Part shown: one piece after another, positions 53,301 through 64,000 of the stretch | Numbering within the stretch: the first letter of the stretch is position 1 | Layout: every line of letters begins with the position of its first letter | DNA from: the human T2T-CHM13v2.0 reference genome, Homo sapiens | Direction: 5' to 3' (one strand) | NCBI RefSeq assembly: GCF_009914755.1 | Contig: NC_060938.1 | DNA length: 64,000 nucleotides | Translations under genes and position numbers: made by a program | The notes under the pieces: model-generated | Seen by the model: only the letters and a program-made list of their open reading frames with translations | What the model was told of the DNA's origin: nothing | Databases searched by the model: none

Positions 53301-56300
53301 CTTCCTGCCTCAGCTCAGAGCTCACCGGGTAGCTGCTTCCTGGTAGATCTGTGTTAGGGTGCCACCCTGGAAAGTTGGAGTGAGGGAAAAGGGGAGTGGG
53401 GGAGGCTGTGCACAGGAGAGCGCAGGAGAAGCACAGACTTTGTTCTGTCTCCTGGGATGACTTCAGAGGCTGCCTGAAAATTCTTATGTGGAGCATGTGT
53501 ATGGGCGGTGGGAGGGAGAAGAAATGATCCCAAACTCTTGTCTCCTATTGGTCAAAGCAACTGGGGAGATCCCTAACCTCTAGAGAAACTGGAGTGACAG
53601 ATGCTGGTTCCCCTTGGTGTGCGTGGGAGGGAGGCAGCCTGGGTTAGAAGCTGCGTTTTGCGGGAGACCTGGCAGGCTGGACTGGACAGGGCTTCCTGGG
53701 CAAGAACTCCTGGGGGCACCCGGCTTCCTTCCGGCTGTCGAACTTCCTAAATGAACATCCAACATATCCTTCTTATGAGGAAGAGAGAAGCCTTAAGGAC
53801 TTTGGTCCCTGGGATGGGACCAGAACCAGTAGAGTTTGAGCTAAAAACAAAGACCGCCTTAAGGAGGGCCGGCTTTCAGAAAGCCTCGCTTGTTTGGGAA
53901 CCTTCCTAAAATAACACTGTTCGAAAGCTAAGACAAGAGCTCAGTTGTGCAAACCATAGGGAGTTTTAATCTGTGTGCCTGCTTGCGCCTGCCAGCTCGG
54001 CACGTGCTCGGAATCGGAGGCCAGTCTCTGGAGGGTTCTCTGCTGGAGTGGCTTGAATGAGGCCTTCATGCAGAAGCAGATCCCACCCTCACTTCTCTGA
54101 AGGATGATAGCAGGCTCCAGGGCCCTGAGTGGGGCACTGATCAAATGCGTGGGTCCTTCTTAGGATCTTTTTAATGGGTTGCTCCTTTTTAAATGATGCT
54201 CAGTTCTCAGTGGGCGTCTCTGCCCTTCTGAAAGACGAGGCTGCCTCCTGCCCACCCTCATCGTAGGCAGCCAGGGTCCTGGCACGGGGAGGGAGCTGCC
54301 ACTGCCGAGGAGTGTCTCTTCCTGTGAGCAGCTGCGGCTGGCTGCCCAGAGCTTTCTGGGGAAGTAGGATCAGAGCTGTGGCTCTGATGGGGTTTTCTCT
54401 GCCCTGGCGGGAGGGGTGAGAAAAATGAAGAAGTCAGGTCACTGCTACTCTTCCTGGGAGGAAGACTGGGGGAAACGTTATAATGTTTTGGCTCAAATCC
54501 TCTTTGTGAGAAGGTTCTGTGAGTCCAGAAAGGATAGGGTCACCATCTGACTTCTAAGGGTGATTGGACTTTGGGTGCCAGTAGAGCCTCCCAAGATTCT
54601 GCTGCCAGGGGAGGGTGGTGGGGGTTGGTCACAGCAGGAGCTGACATTTTCTGTCAAATGCTGCCTTGTTTGTCATTGCACCCAGAAAATTAATGGTGGT
54701 AGCAGGAGCAGTTTCTGCCAGCCAGGCTCGCTGCTAAGCACACGAGCGCCTTTAAGCCTCACCGCAGCCCTTATCCTCACTTCCAAATGCACCGTGCTCT
54801 AAACATTGAGAACGTTTTCCTAAGCTTGGCAGCACAGCCAGATGTGATTCGACACAAGGCTATTTGTGATCTTTATTGATCCCTTGGAGTCAATATGCAC
54901 ACATCACACTGGGAGATATGGATGTTTGATTAGGAAGTGCTATCCCGGCCCCTGGGGGTTGTTATGTAATAGATGGTATAAGTGCCATGTGACCTGTCTG
55001 AGAGCCACACAACTTGAATTTCTAGTAGACATCTGGCCTTGAGGCTTCTGGAGAAGGGACTTGGGACCTATATTCGCCTTATTTTATAGACATGTCATTT
55101 GAAGCGTTGGAGTCAGGAAGAGAAGCTGAAGCTGGGATTTGCTCCCAGCTCCGTGAGACCTGAAGCTGGGGCACTTTGCAAGCCTTCCATGCAAAACCCA
55201 GTCTGGCTCTGAGGTACAGGCTCAGTTTGCTCAAAGGAAAGATTTCTCCAGTGTTGTCTGGATTTGTGTGGCCGTCAGAAGAGCACAAGGCGTGTCAAGT
55301 TCATGCAATGCCACTGACAATGAGTGAACACTGCCATCACCGTCACAGTTGCCATGATGATCTCGCCTGAGCCTCACAGCCCTGGGAGTGGGCGGCATCA
55401 CCCCCATTTGACAGGGATACTCAGGACCCTGGTGACAGGCTTACAGGTCACCCGACTGGGAGGGGAAGTCGGGGATCCAGGCTTTGCCCAACATTTGCAG
55501 CAGTTTCCCCTACACTCCTGGAGGCAGGGGTGACTTATGAAATGAGACTAATTTGGAAGCTGCTGGATAACTAGAGATAGGAGTGACCTGGGCCCTGCCG
55601 CCAGGGAGCCCAGTCTAGTTCAGGAGCAGAGCTGCAGCAAGCTGAGGGCAGAGATCACCTAAGACAGCACATCTCCAGGGACCCTTCAAGGGCTGTGAGC
55701 CCAAGGGACCCTGGCTGGAGGCTGGGGGCGCCTGTGGCCTCTCTCCTGTGCACCCTCCCTGTGGTCCTGAGCCCTGAGGGAAAGGCTGGTCCAGGGAGGC
55801 CTTGCCTGGGAGGGGTGGAGAAGAAGCAGCTAAGGTTGGTGCTCTCCTGCCAGGAGCTGTCAGCACCTCTGGCTTCCAGGCCCCCCCTGCAATTTAGGGG
55901 AATGGCTGGGACTGGCTTTCTGCAAGTGCTAATTTTCAGCTGTTGCGTTCATGTGGAACCTAAAATTAATTAGCTCCTACATGAGCTCCAGCCTGAGTGC
56001 ATAAAAAGGATCCTCATTAGGAAAACTTCACCCTTTGGTTGACAGGAGGCTGGCAGCTGGAAGTCAGATCTATAGAGCAGTAACGGTGCAGTGGCTCGGC
56101 CAGGAGAAGTCCCACTTGCCCCTAACCCTTCAGGTCATGCCTGCCTCCCCGAGAAAACTGGGTGCTTCCAAAGCCCATTACCACCCCGCAGGTGTTCCTG
56201 AGTGTGGACCTAATCGCAGGCTTTGAGGAACCCTGGCCTATGCAGTAGGAAGCCCTAGAGGATGTCATTTGGACGGGATGTCAGAGAAGGCCCATTTAAG

Positions 56301-57057
56301 GTGACTTAGGTAGTGACATTTAAGGAGGAACCCCCAGTAGGAGTTAGCCAAGCAGGGGACAGAGGGAACAGCTTTCCAGGCGGGGGAACAACCCTTGCAA
56401 GTACCATGAGTTGAAAAAGAGCTTGGCAGAGAGCCAGGGTGTCTGGAGCACAGAGAATGCAGCAGAGTGGTGGAGACCTGAAGGTGGCAAGGGACAGTCT
56501 AGACCGGGCTTTGGAGGCCAGCAGGAGCGTTTGATCTTTATTCTAAGAACTGTAGGGATCTAGAAGGGTTTGGGCAGGGAGAAGACTGGACCAGGCACCT
56601 TCCAAAAAGACTCCCTCCCCCAATGCTCTCTCCAAAGAGGGAAGAATCCCCCCAGCCCCTTCCCCACCCGCCGACAGCATCTAGCGCCACTGCCATCGTC
56701 ACTGTGGATAATTGCTAGGTGTGCCGGGCAAGTGTTTTCTCTTCTGCTGAGCCAGCGGCGGGCAGGCGATAATCACAGCTTTCACCATCCTCCCTCCAGC
56801 CAGCCTCCACCTCCCTATCCCCCGTCCTCATATCCTTTATTTGGCAGAGCCCTGAGGAGGCTGCAAAAAGGCTCAGGACCCAAGAACTGAGAGGGTCCTT
56901 GGAGGCTGCTGAAGAGGTGAAAGGCATCAGGCCAGTCTTTCCAAACATAATAATAAATAATGTTGCTGTCGTTTGTAATAAGAATGATGAGGAGCCAGCA
57001 TTTGCCAAGCCTTTCCTATGCTCAGGCATAATTGCTTGAATTTCCTCATTGAATCTT

Positions 57058-57058
57058 A

Positions 57059-57113
<55 letters not shown>

Positions 57114-57143
57114 CGGAGTTTCACTCTTGTTGCCGATGCTGGA

Positions 57144-57186
<43 letters not shown>

Positions 57187-57414
57187 CGGAGTTTCGCTCT
57201 TGTTGCCGACGCTGGAGTGCAGTGACGCGATGTTGGCTCGCTGCAACCTCCACCTCCTGGTTCAAGCGATTCTCCTGCCTCAGCCTCCCAAGTAGTTGGG
57301 ATTACAGGCATGCGTCACCACGCCTGGCTAATTTGAACTCCTGACCTCAGGTGATCCACCTGCCTTGGTCTCCCAAAGTGCTGAGATTATAGGCATGAGC
57401 CACCACGCGTGGTC
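57058..57414 (-). mobile_element. Alu with (TC)n(TG)n tail, tandem duplication and internal deletion
   Basis: (TG)n plus the Alu 3' 39 bp occurs twice; junction cctggctaatt|tgaactcctg. Confidence 0.94.
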
Positions 57415-60400
57415 TAATCTCCTTTTTTAATTTGCAATTTTTTGGGTTCATAGTAGGTGTATATATTTATGGGGTACATGAGATGTTTTGATACAGGCAT
57501 GCAATGCGTGATAATCACATCAACCTCATTCAATCTTTTACTTCAACCTTATGAGATGGAGACGGTTTTGAGCCCGTTTTACAGAGCAAGAAATGAAGGT
57601 GTGGAGAGGCAGAGTGACTTGCCCAAGATCCCGCAGCCCCGTGGCACATGGTACTACACTGGGGCATATACCTCAGCGTGACCTCCCTTCACCCTCTCAG
57701 TCCGCAAGGGTTTCTTGGTACCCACTAGCACTGGGTTGGGAGTCTGTCCCATTATGTCGGCCACACCCCCAGCCCCAACTAGGGGCGGCTCTAAGAAGGC
57801 CGTGTGACCACACCCCCCACAGCCCCACATGATTGGTCCAAGGTAGACACACCCCTGGAGGGCAGCCAATCCACGTGCAGGGGTGTGGCGTGCAAAGATG
57901 AGTGGGACCAATCCCCGGGGCAGCGAAGCAGAGAGAAGGAGCCTGGCCTAGGACTGTGCCTCCGAGAGGGCCAATGCGTAGACAGTGGCCGAGAGGGAGT
58001 GATGTCCAAGGAGGCCCAAGGCACAAAGCAGAAACCAGATTTCAAGGGAGAAGGGAGGAGAGGAAGAGGCTGACCCACAGGGGGCCCATCATCGTGGACC
58101 CAGAATGACTCCCCTCCTGCTCCCTCCCTGGCTGGGCTGTCCAGCTCGAACAGGTCCTGTGTGGGTCTCCCCTTCCCGAAGGTGGGGCCGACAGGATGTG
58201 AGAGGAAGTCCCAGAACAGCTCCTGAAAGGGACCGGTCCAGCTGGCAGGCACCAACTTGCCCTTCCTCTTTCCCCCTCCTCCTGCTGGAAGGAGGAAGTG
58301 GCAGCTGGAGTCATCCTGGGAGCATGAGGTCACTTCAGGGACAGAGATCATGCCCCTTCGATGAACAAGGAGGCCTCCTGCTGCAGGCCCACCAGCCCTG
58401 CCTCCCGGCCTGTAGACTGCTCGTGAGGTGAGAGACCACTGTGTCGAGGGTCGTCTCCCTGTGACGCTTATCTCTGGATCCCCATAACTGGCCACTGAAG
58501 GCAGCTCCTAGCTGAATGCTGTGTCTGATGTCTCCATGATAGCTCCCTTTATACACAGCAACTATAGATTCTACCCCTACGCTCCCAAGAGTAGCACCAG
58601 GACCCTTGTAACAGTGCCGTGAGGAAGGGATGGTCAGCCTCATCTTTAGGACCCATCACCCGCGAGTCTCTCCCTCAGTCTGAAAAGGGAGATAAGAACG
58701 AGTCCTCAAGGGCGCGGATCAAATGCAGAATGTGGGTGGGGCTCCTGGCACAGAGCAAGCAAACTGGAGGTTGTTCACAACTGAACCCTAATGCATCCAT
58801 CTGTGACCCGCAGACCTCACTGTCCCCTTCCCTGCCCGACCTCCCACCACCAGCTGTACCACATCTGAGTGGTGGGGGCACCGGTTTCTGTTTGGGGGAT
58901 TCATGCATATTTTAAACTTTGCCTTCACACCGATCAAGAAAAATCAGCCCACTGAATAAATGATCACTTGCCTTCCAGAGCTGGTGAGAAGGGGCAAACA
59001 GATTGATTATTTGCTGCCGGGTGTTGTGTGTGTGTGTGGGTCCTCTGTGCCGCTGCCGTGTGTCTATTGATGCCAGGTCGGCAGAAGCACCGGGTGGCTA
59101 GGGCAGCCATGGGGCGGAGGCTGTGATGCCCCCCACCCAGGTGGGGGATGTTCGATTGCAGGTCTGGCTGGTTGTATTGCTTTTGGCCAAAGGCCTTCTC
59201 GAGACCACTGGGGAGGGTTGGAGTTCAGGGCAGTGAAAATTTTTGGTCTTTCAGGGGCGATTTAATGAGAGAAAACTCGATGCATCTTGGGTTCATTTAA
59301 CCGTGGAGCCAACAAGGACAGCAGACCTACTTCCCTGATCCCCCACATCAAGCATAAAGGGACCACGCTGGGGACCAGCTGTAGCTCACCCCATCATGAC
59401 CCTGAGGCTATGACAGCATATAAGTTCCCAGGAAAAGGGGGACCTCAAAGAGAGACTATTTGGAATTATAGAAAATAAAGGCACCCGCATGTTTTTCATG
59501 CCAAGTTTGTGTCTGCCTTTTCTACATCACTGTGGGGAGGTGTCCTGGTGGGCCACAGCAGCTGCCTCTTCCAGGAAGCCCTCCCTGATGTGCCTTCCAA
59601 GACTCCTGTGGCTCACTCCTTCCCTGCCCTTTCTGCTCAGTCCCAGCTTCTGGATGTTGGGTGCCTGCATTTCTGGCTCAGCCTCTCACAGCAAACTGTG
59701 AGCCCCTACTGTCCAGTTAAGTTCTGTATCCCCAAAACCTGCTTACATACAAACCTGCTGGAGCAACCAAACTTGACCACTCATGGCCGCCAGGAAACCC
59801 CCTGCTTCCAGCCTCCATGCTTTTGCTCCAGCTGTAGCCTCCACCTGGGATGCTGTTCCTGAGTCTTGCCCTCCTCAAATCGAACTCATTTTCAAGGACT
59901 GCGTAGGTCATCTCCTCCTTAAGGTTGACTTCCTCGCCGCTGTAGGGGAATGGCTCCACCATGGTGCTCTGGCAACCTGTACTTCTCCATGTCGGCCACA
60001 TACACATAACCCACCTGGTCTGAGCCTTGGCAGAAAGCCAGAAGAGCACCAGGGCTTGTGAGGAGCTGCTTCACGGCCATTTCTCTTCCTCCTCCCTTCT
60101 TCCAGGCTGGCGGGCAGGAACCTGGGTCCCATGCCCTCCAGGTTTCCAATGAAGCATGAGGCCTTCTGCCTTGCCCTGTGGGGTAGAGCGACAGGCTACA
60201 AAACTGCTTCCCTGCACAGGAAACAGGCTCCTTAGCAATGGGCTGTCCGGCATCCACATGGCAGTCACCCAGCCCCTTTTATTTTTGTGTTGCCCTGCTT
60301 CAGGGAGACCCGGTGCCACTGGCTCTCCTGCTTTTGTGATGTAAGCAATTGGTTGTCTGAATCTAAGAAAGATCCCTTTGATTCTTTGCCTGCTAGGTCT

Positions 60401-60719
60401 CTTAGCTTCACCTCTCGACACATTCTGCTCCCTCTTCTGGGATCCCAGGACACAGCACTTGTGTCTGCTCCTAAGTTTGTGACACCCCACATCTAGGAAC
60501 CCCGATGACATAATCATGGTGAACCACAGAGGCTCCAAGGCTAGGATGGTGGTGGTGGCAACAGTCATATTGACAGCCACGTGGGAGAGCTGAGGATGTG
60601 CCAAGTGCTAGAGGCCCTGAAGTGCAACCCTGGGGTTTGGTACCATTGTCATTTCCATTTCTCTAACATGGAAACAGAGGTGCAGAAGAGCTTGATAACT
60701 TGCCCAGGGCCATGCAGCC

Positions 60720-60838
60720 GTGAGTGAGTGAGTGAGTGAGTGAGTGAGTGAGTGTGTGAGTGAGTGTGTGAGTGAGTGAGTGAGTGTGTGAGTGAGTGTG
60801 TGAGTGAGTGAGTGTGTGAGTGAGTGAGTGAGTGAGTG
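60720..60838. repeat. (GTGA)n/(GT)n microsatellite
   Basis: Visible directly in the sequence. Confidence 0.97.
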
Positions 60839-61155
60839 ATGGAGAAGGGATTCAGGCTCAAGAGATGTGGCTTTGAACCCACACTTGACCGGCATGTGTG
60901 TCCATTGTATGCACTCATTTTGGCTGATTCTGAATTCCTCTTTCTTGAAACCTGAATGTTGACCCTTGTCTTAGTCTACCTGGGCTGTCATAACAAAATG
61001 CCATAGGCTGGGGTACATAACAGACATTTGTTCCTCCTGGTTCTGGAGGCTGGAAGTCCAAGATCAAGTTGCCAGCTGATTTGGCTCCTGGCAAGGACTG
61101 TCTTGCAGATGACCACTGCCTTCTTGCTGTATCCTCAAATAGGAGATATATATAT

Positions 61156-61191
<36 letters not shown>

Positions 61192-61465
61192 AGACAGAAT
61201 GAGAGAGACAGAATGAGTGAGAGAGAGGGAGAGAGGGAGGGAGGAGAGAGTTTCTTTTGGTCTGTGGTCTCGTCATCTAAGGACACTAATCCCATCATGG
61301 AGCCCCACCTTCATGACTTCATTTGACCCTAATCACCTCTTGTCTCAGTATGGGCTGCCACAGCAGCCATCTTCTCCTTGTATCCTCTCTCTCCTGACTC
61401 TTCTTCTAAGGGCACTAATCCCATTTGTGAAGGCTCCACCCTTACGACCTAGTTCCTCCCAAAGG

Positions 61466-61869
61466 TGGTTATGGTTTGAATGATGGTGTCCACTCCAAAA
61501 TTCATGTTGAAACTCAATTCCCAATGCAACAGTATTACGATATGTGGCCTTTGGGAGGTGATTAAGCCATGAGGGGTCTGCCCTCATGGATGGGATTGGC
61601 ACCCTTATAAAAAAGTCTCGAGGTTGAAAGGAGCACTCTTTTGCCCTTCCATCCCTTCTGCCTTGTGAGGACACAGCCTTCCTCCCCTCCAGAGATGCAG
61701 CCACAAGGCACCATCTTGGAAGCAGAGAGCAGCCCTTGCCAGACACTGAACCTGCCAGCACCTTAATCTTGGATTTCCCAGTCTCCAGAGCCATGAGAAA
61801 ATAAAATCTAATTTTTATCAATTACCAGTCTCTGGTATTTTGTTACAGAAGCACAAGTTGACTGAGACA
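61466..61869 (+). mobile_element. MST-type solo LTR nested in the opposite orientation
   Basis: tatggtttgaat...aaaattcatgttgaaac...ccatcttggaagcagagagc...aataaa...actgagaca. Confidence 0.85.
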
Positions 61870-63140
61870 GACCCTGTCTCCAAATACCATCACACTGGAG
61901 ATTAGAACTTCAAAATATGAACTTGGGGGGGACACAAACATTCAGTCCATAGCATCCCACCCTTGGCCCCCCACATTCCTGTCCTTCTCACATACAAATA
62001 CATTTGTTCCATCCCACAGCTCCAGAAGTCTTAACTTTTTCCAGGATCAACTCTAAAGTCTCTCATTCAAAGTCTTACCTGAATAGCATCTAAATCACAT
62101 ATGGGGGAGACTTGAGGTACAGTCTACCCTGAGGCAAAATTCCCTTCCAGCTGTGACATTGTAAAACTAGACAAATTGTGTGCTTCCAAAATGCAATGGT
62201 GAGACAGCGATAGGATAGATATTCCCATTCCAAAAAGGAGAGACAGGAAAGAAGGAAGGAGTAAGTGCAAAACCCAAGTAAATGCAAAACCTAGCACAGC
62301 AAATTCCATTAGACTTTAAAGCTCGAGAATCATCCTGTCTGGCTAGATGCTCTGCCCTCCAGGCCCACTGGAGTGGCAGTTTCACGTCCATAGCTCAGTG
62401 GGGTGATGCCCACAGCTTTGGTTGGGGGCTGCCTAACCTGCTGAGATGGAAGTACTGGCTCTGATGATCTCTGAATGGCCTTCAGGGCCATTCTTCCATT
62501 TTCTTGAAGAATGGTGCAAGTTTGCCACCAAATAGCTTTATCATCCTGTCCTATAAAAGCCAAGAAGTCCCACAGCCTTTCTTCATTCCGTCCAGTCTCT
62601 GTCTCCTTCAATTCAAACTGGTAGTGTTTCTGCTGGATGGCTGATAAAGTCTGTGGTTCATACTTGCACTAATCTTCTTATCAAATGGTCAGTCAGCCAC
62701 ACACTTAGTATTCTCTTCCAAACATACTTTCTCATTTTTTGCACTATGAATAGCCTGAGCATTTCCCAAATATTTAAGTTCTGCTTCCTTTCTGCTTAAC
62801 ACCTCTTCCTTCATTTCTGTCTTCTTATATTTTACTAGAAGCAATGAGGAGAAACCAAGCCACTCCTTCCACACTTAGCTTAGAGAGCTCCTCATGTAAA
62901 TATCCAATTCATTGCTCATGGCAATTTCATCACTCACAAGTTCTGCCTTCCACAAAGCAATAGGCCATGAACACAATTCTGCCAAATTCTTTGCCGCTTT
63001 GTAACAAGGGTCACCTTTTCTCCACTGTTAGATAATTTCTTCCACGTTCCTGTCCAAGACCTCATGCAGAATCTCCCTTAAATTTCATATTTTTACCTAC
63101 ATCCTGTACATGCTTAATTATGTATTCTCTAAGAAGATAG

Positions 63141-63476
<336 letters not shown>

Positions 63477-64000
63477 TCCTCTTCTCTTTGAGCTCTCACC
63501 AGAGTCACCTTTAACAGTCCTTTCATGGCAATAGTAGCTTTTTCTAGCCTCTCAAAGCTCTTCCAGTCTCTACCCATTACCCAGTTCCAAAGTTGCTTTC
63601 ATGTTTTTAGGTATTTATTACAGCAGCACCCTGCTTCATGGTATCCATTTCTGTCTTGGTCCGCTTGAGCTGCTATAACCAAATACCATCGACTGGGTGA
63701 CTGAAACAATAGGTATTTATTTCTCACAGTTTTGGAGGTTGAGAAGTCCAAGACCAAGGTGCTGGCAGATTTGGTTCCTGGTGAGGCTGCCTTTAGGGTA
63801 TGCCCCTTTGCTGTATTTTCAAATGGTGGACACACACACATCCACACACATGTCCCCCGCCTCCACACACACACGGGGTGGTGGGGTGGGTGGGGGGAGA
63901 GAGAGAATGCTTTCTGATCTCTTTTTCTGAGGGCACTGATCCTCCTATAAAAGCTTCACCCTCATGATTTCATCTAAACCTAATGACTACCCAAAGACCC

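Noticed and set aside
56670-56705. CTCF-like motif (tagcgccactgcc)
   Set aside because: Only the GGCGCTA half matches the consensus.

Overview
Primate, most likely human, genomic DNA (Alu, L1M, MIR/L2, MaLR and MER relics). It contains no prokaryotic systems, rRNA, tRNA or CRISPR arrays. The only gene I can support is the 5' end of BEGAIN (brain-enriched guanylate kinase-associated protein, 14q32, next to the DLK1-DIO3 imprinted domain) on the minus strand. A 29-nt common exon at 3727-3755 encodes ASAADMEKLS, and a distal CpG-island first exon at 23062-23103 encodes MWTGGRRPGRLRRA. The remaining exons lie to the left of the window. Positions ~23.5-64 kb are upstream sequence with no supportable gene, containing an old near-full-length L1M, nested LTRs, many Alus and microsatellites. 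The most notable observation is a set of candidate alternative first exons that all end in phase-0 donors and would join ASAADMEKLS in frame: MGSHQSSQ (N-myristoylation-like), MPSPSDC, and a 214-codon exon at 13127-13768 with one ordered-looking motif. Some of these may already be annotated, which I cannot check. Also notable is a ~200-bp inverted templated copy of nearby L1 sequence inside an Alu. Nearly all other listed ORFs are GC-rich or repeat artefacts. Repeat subfamily names and boundaries are by-eye estimates.
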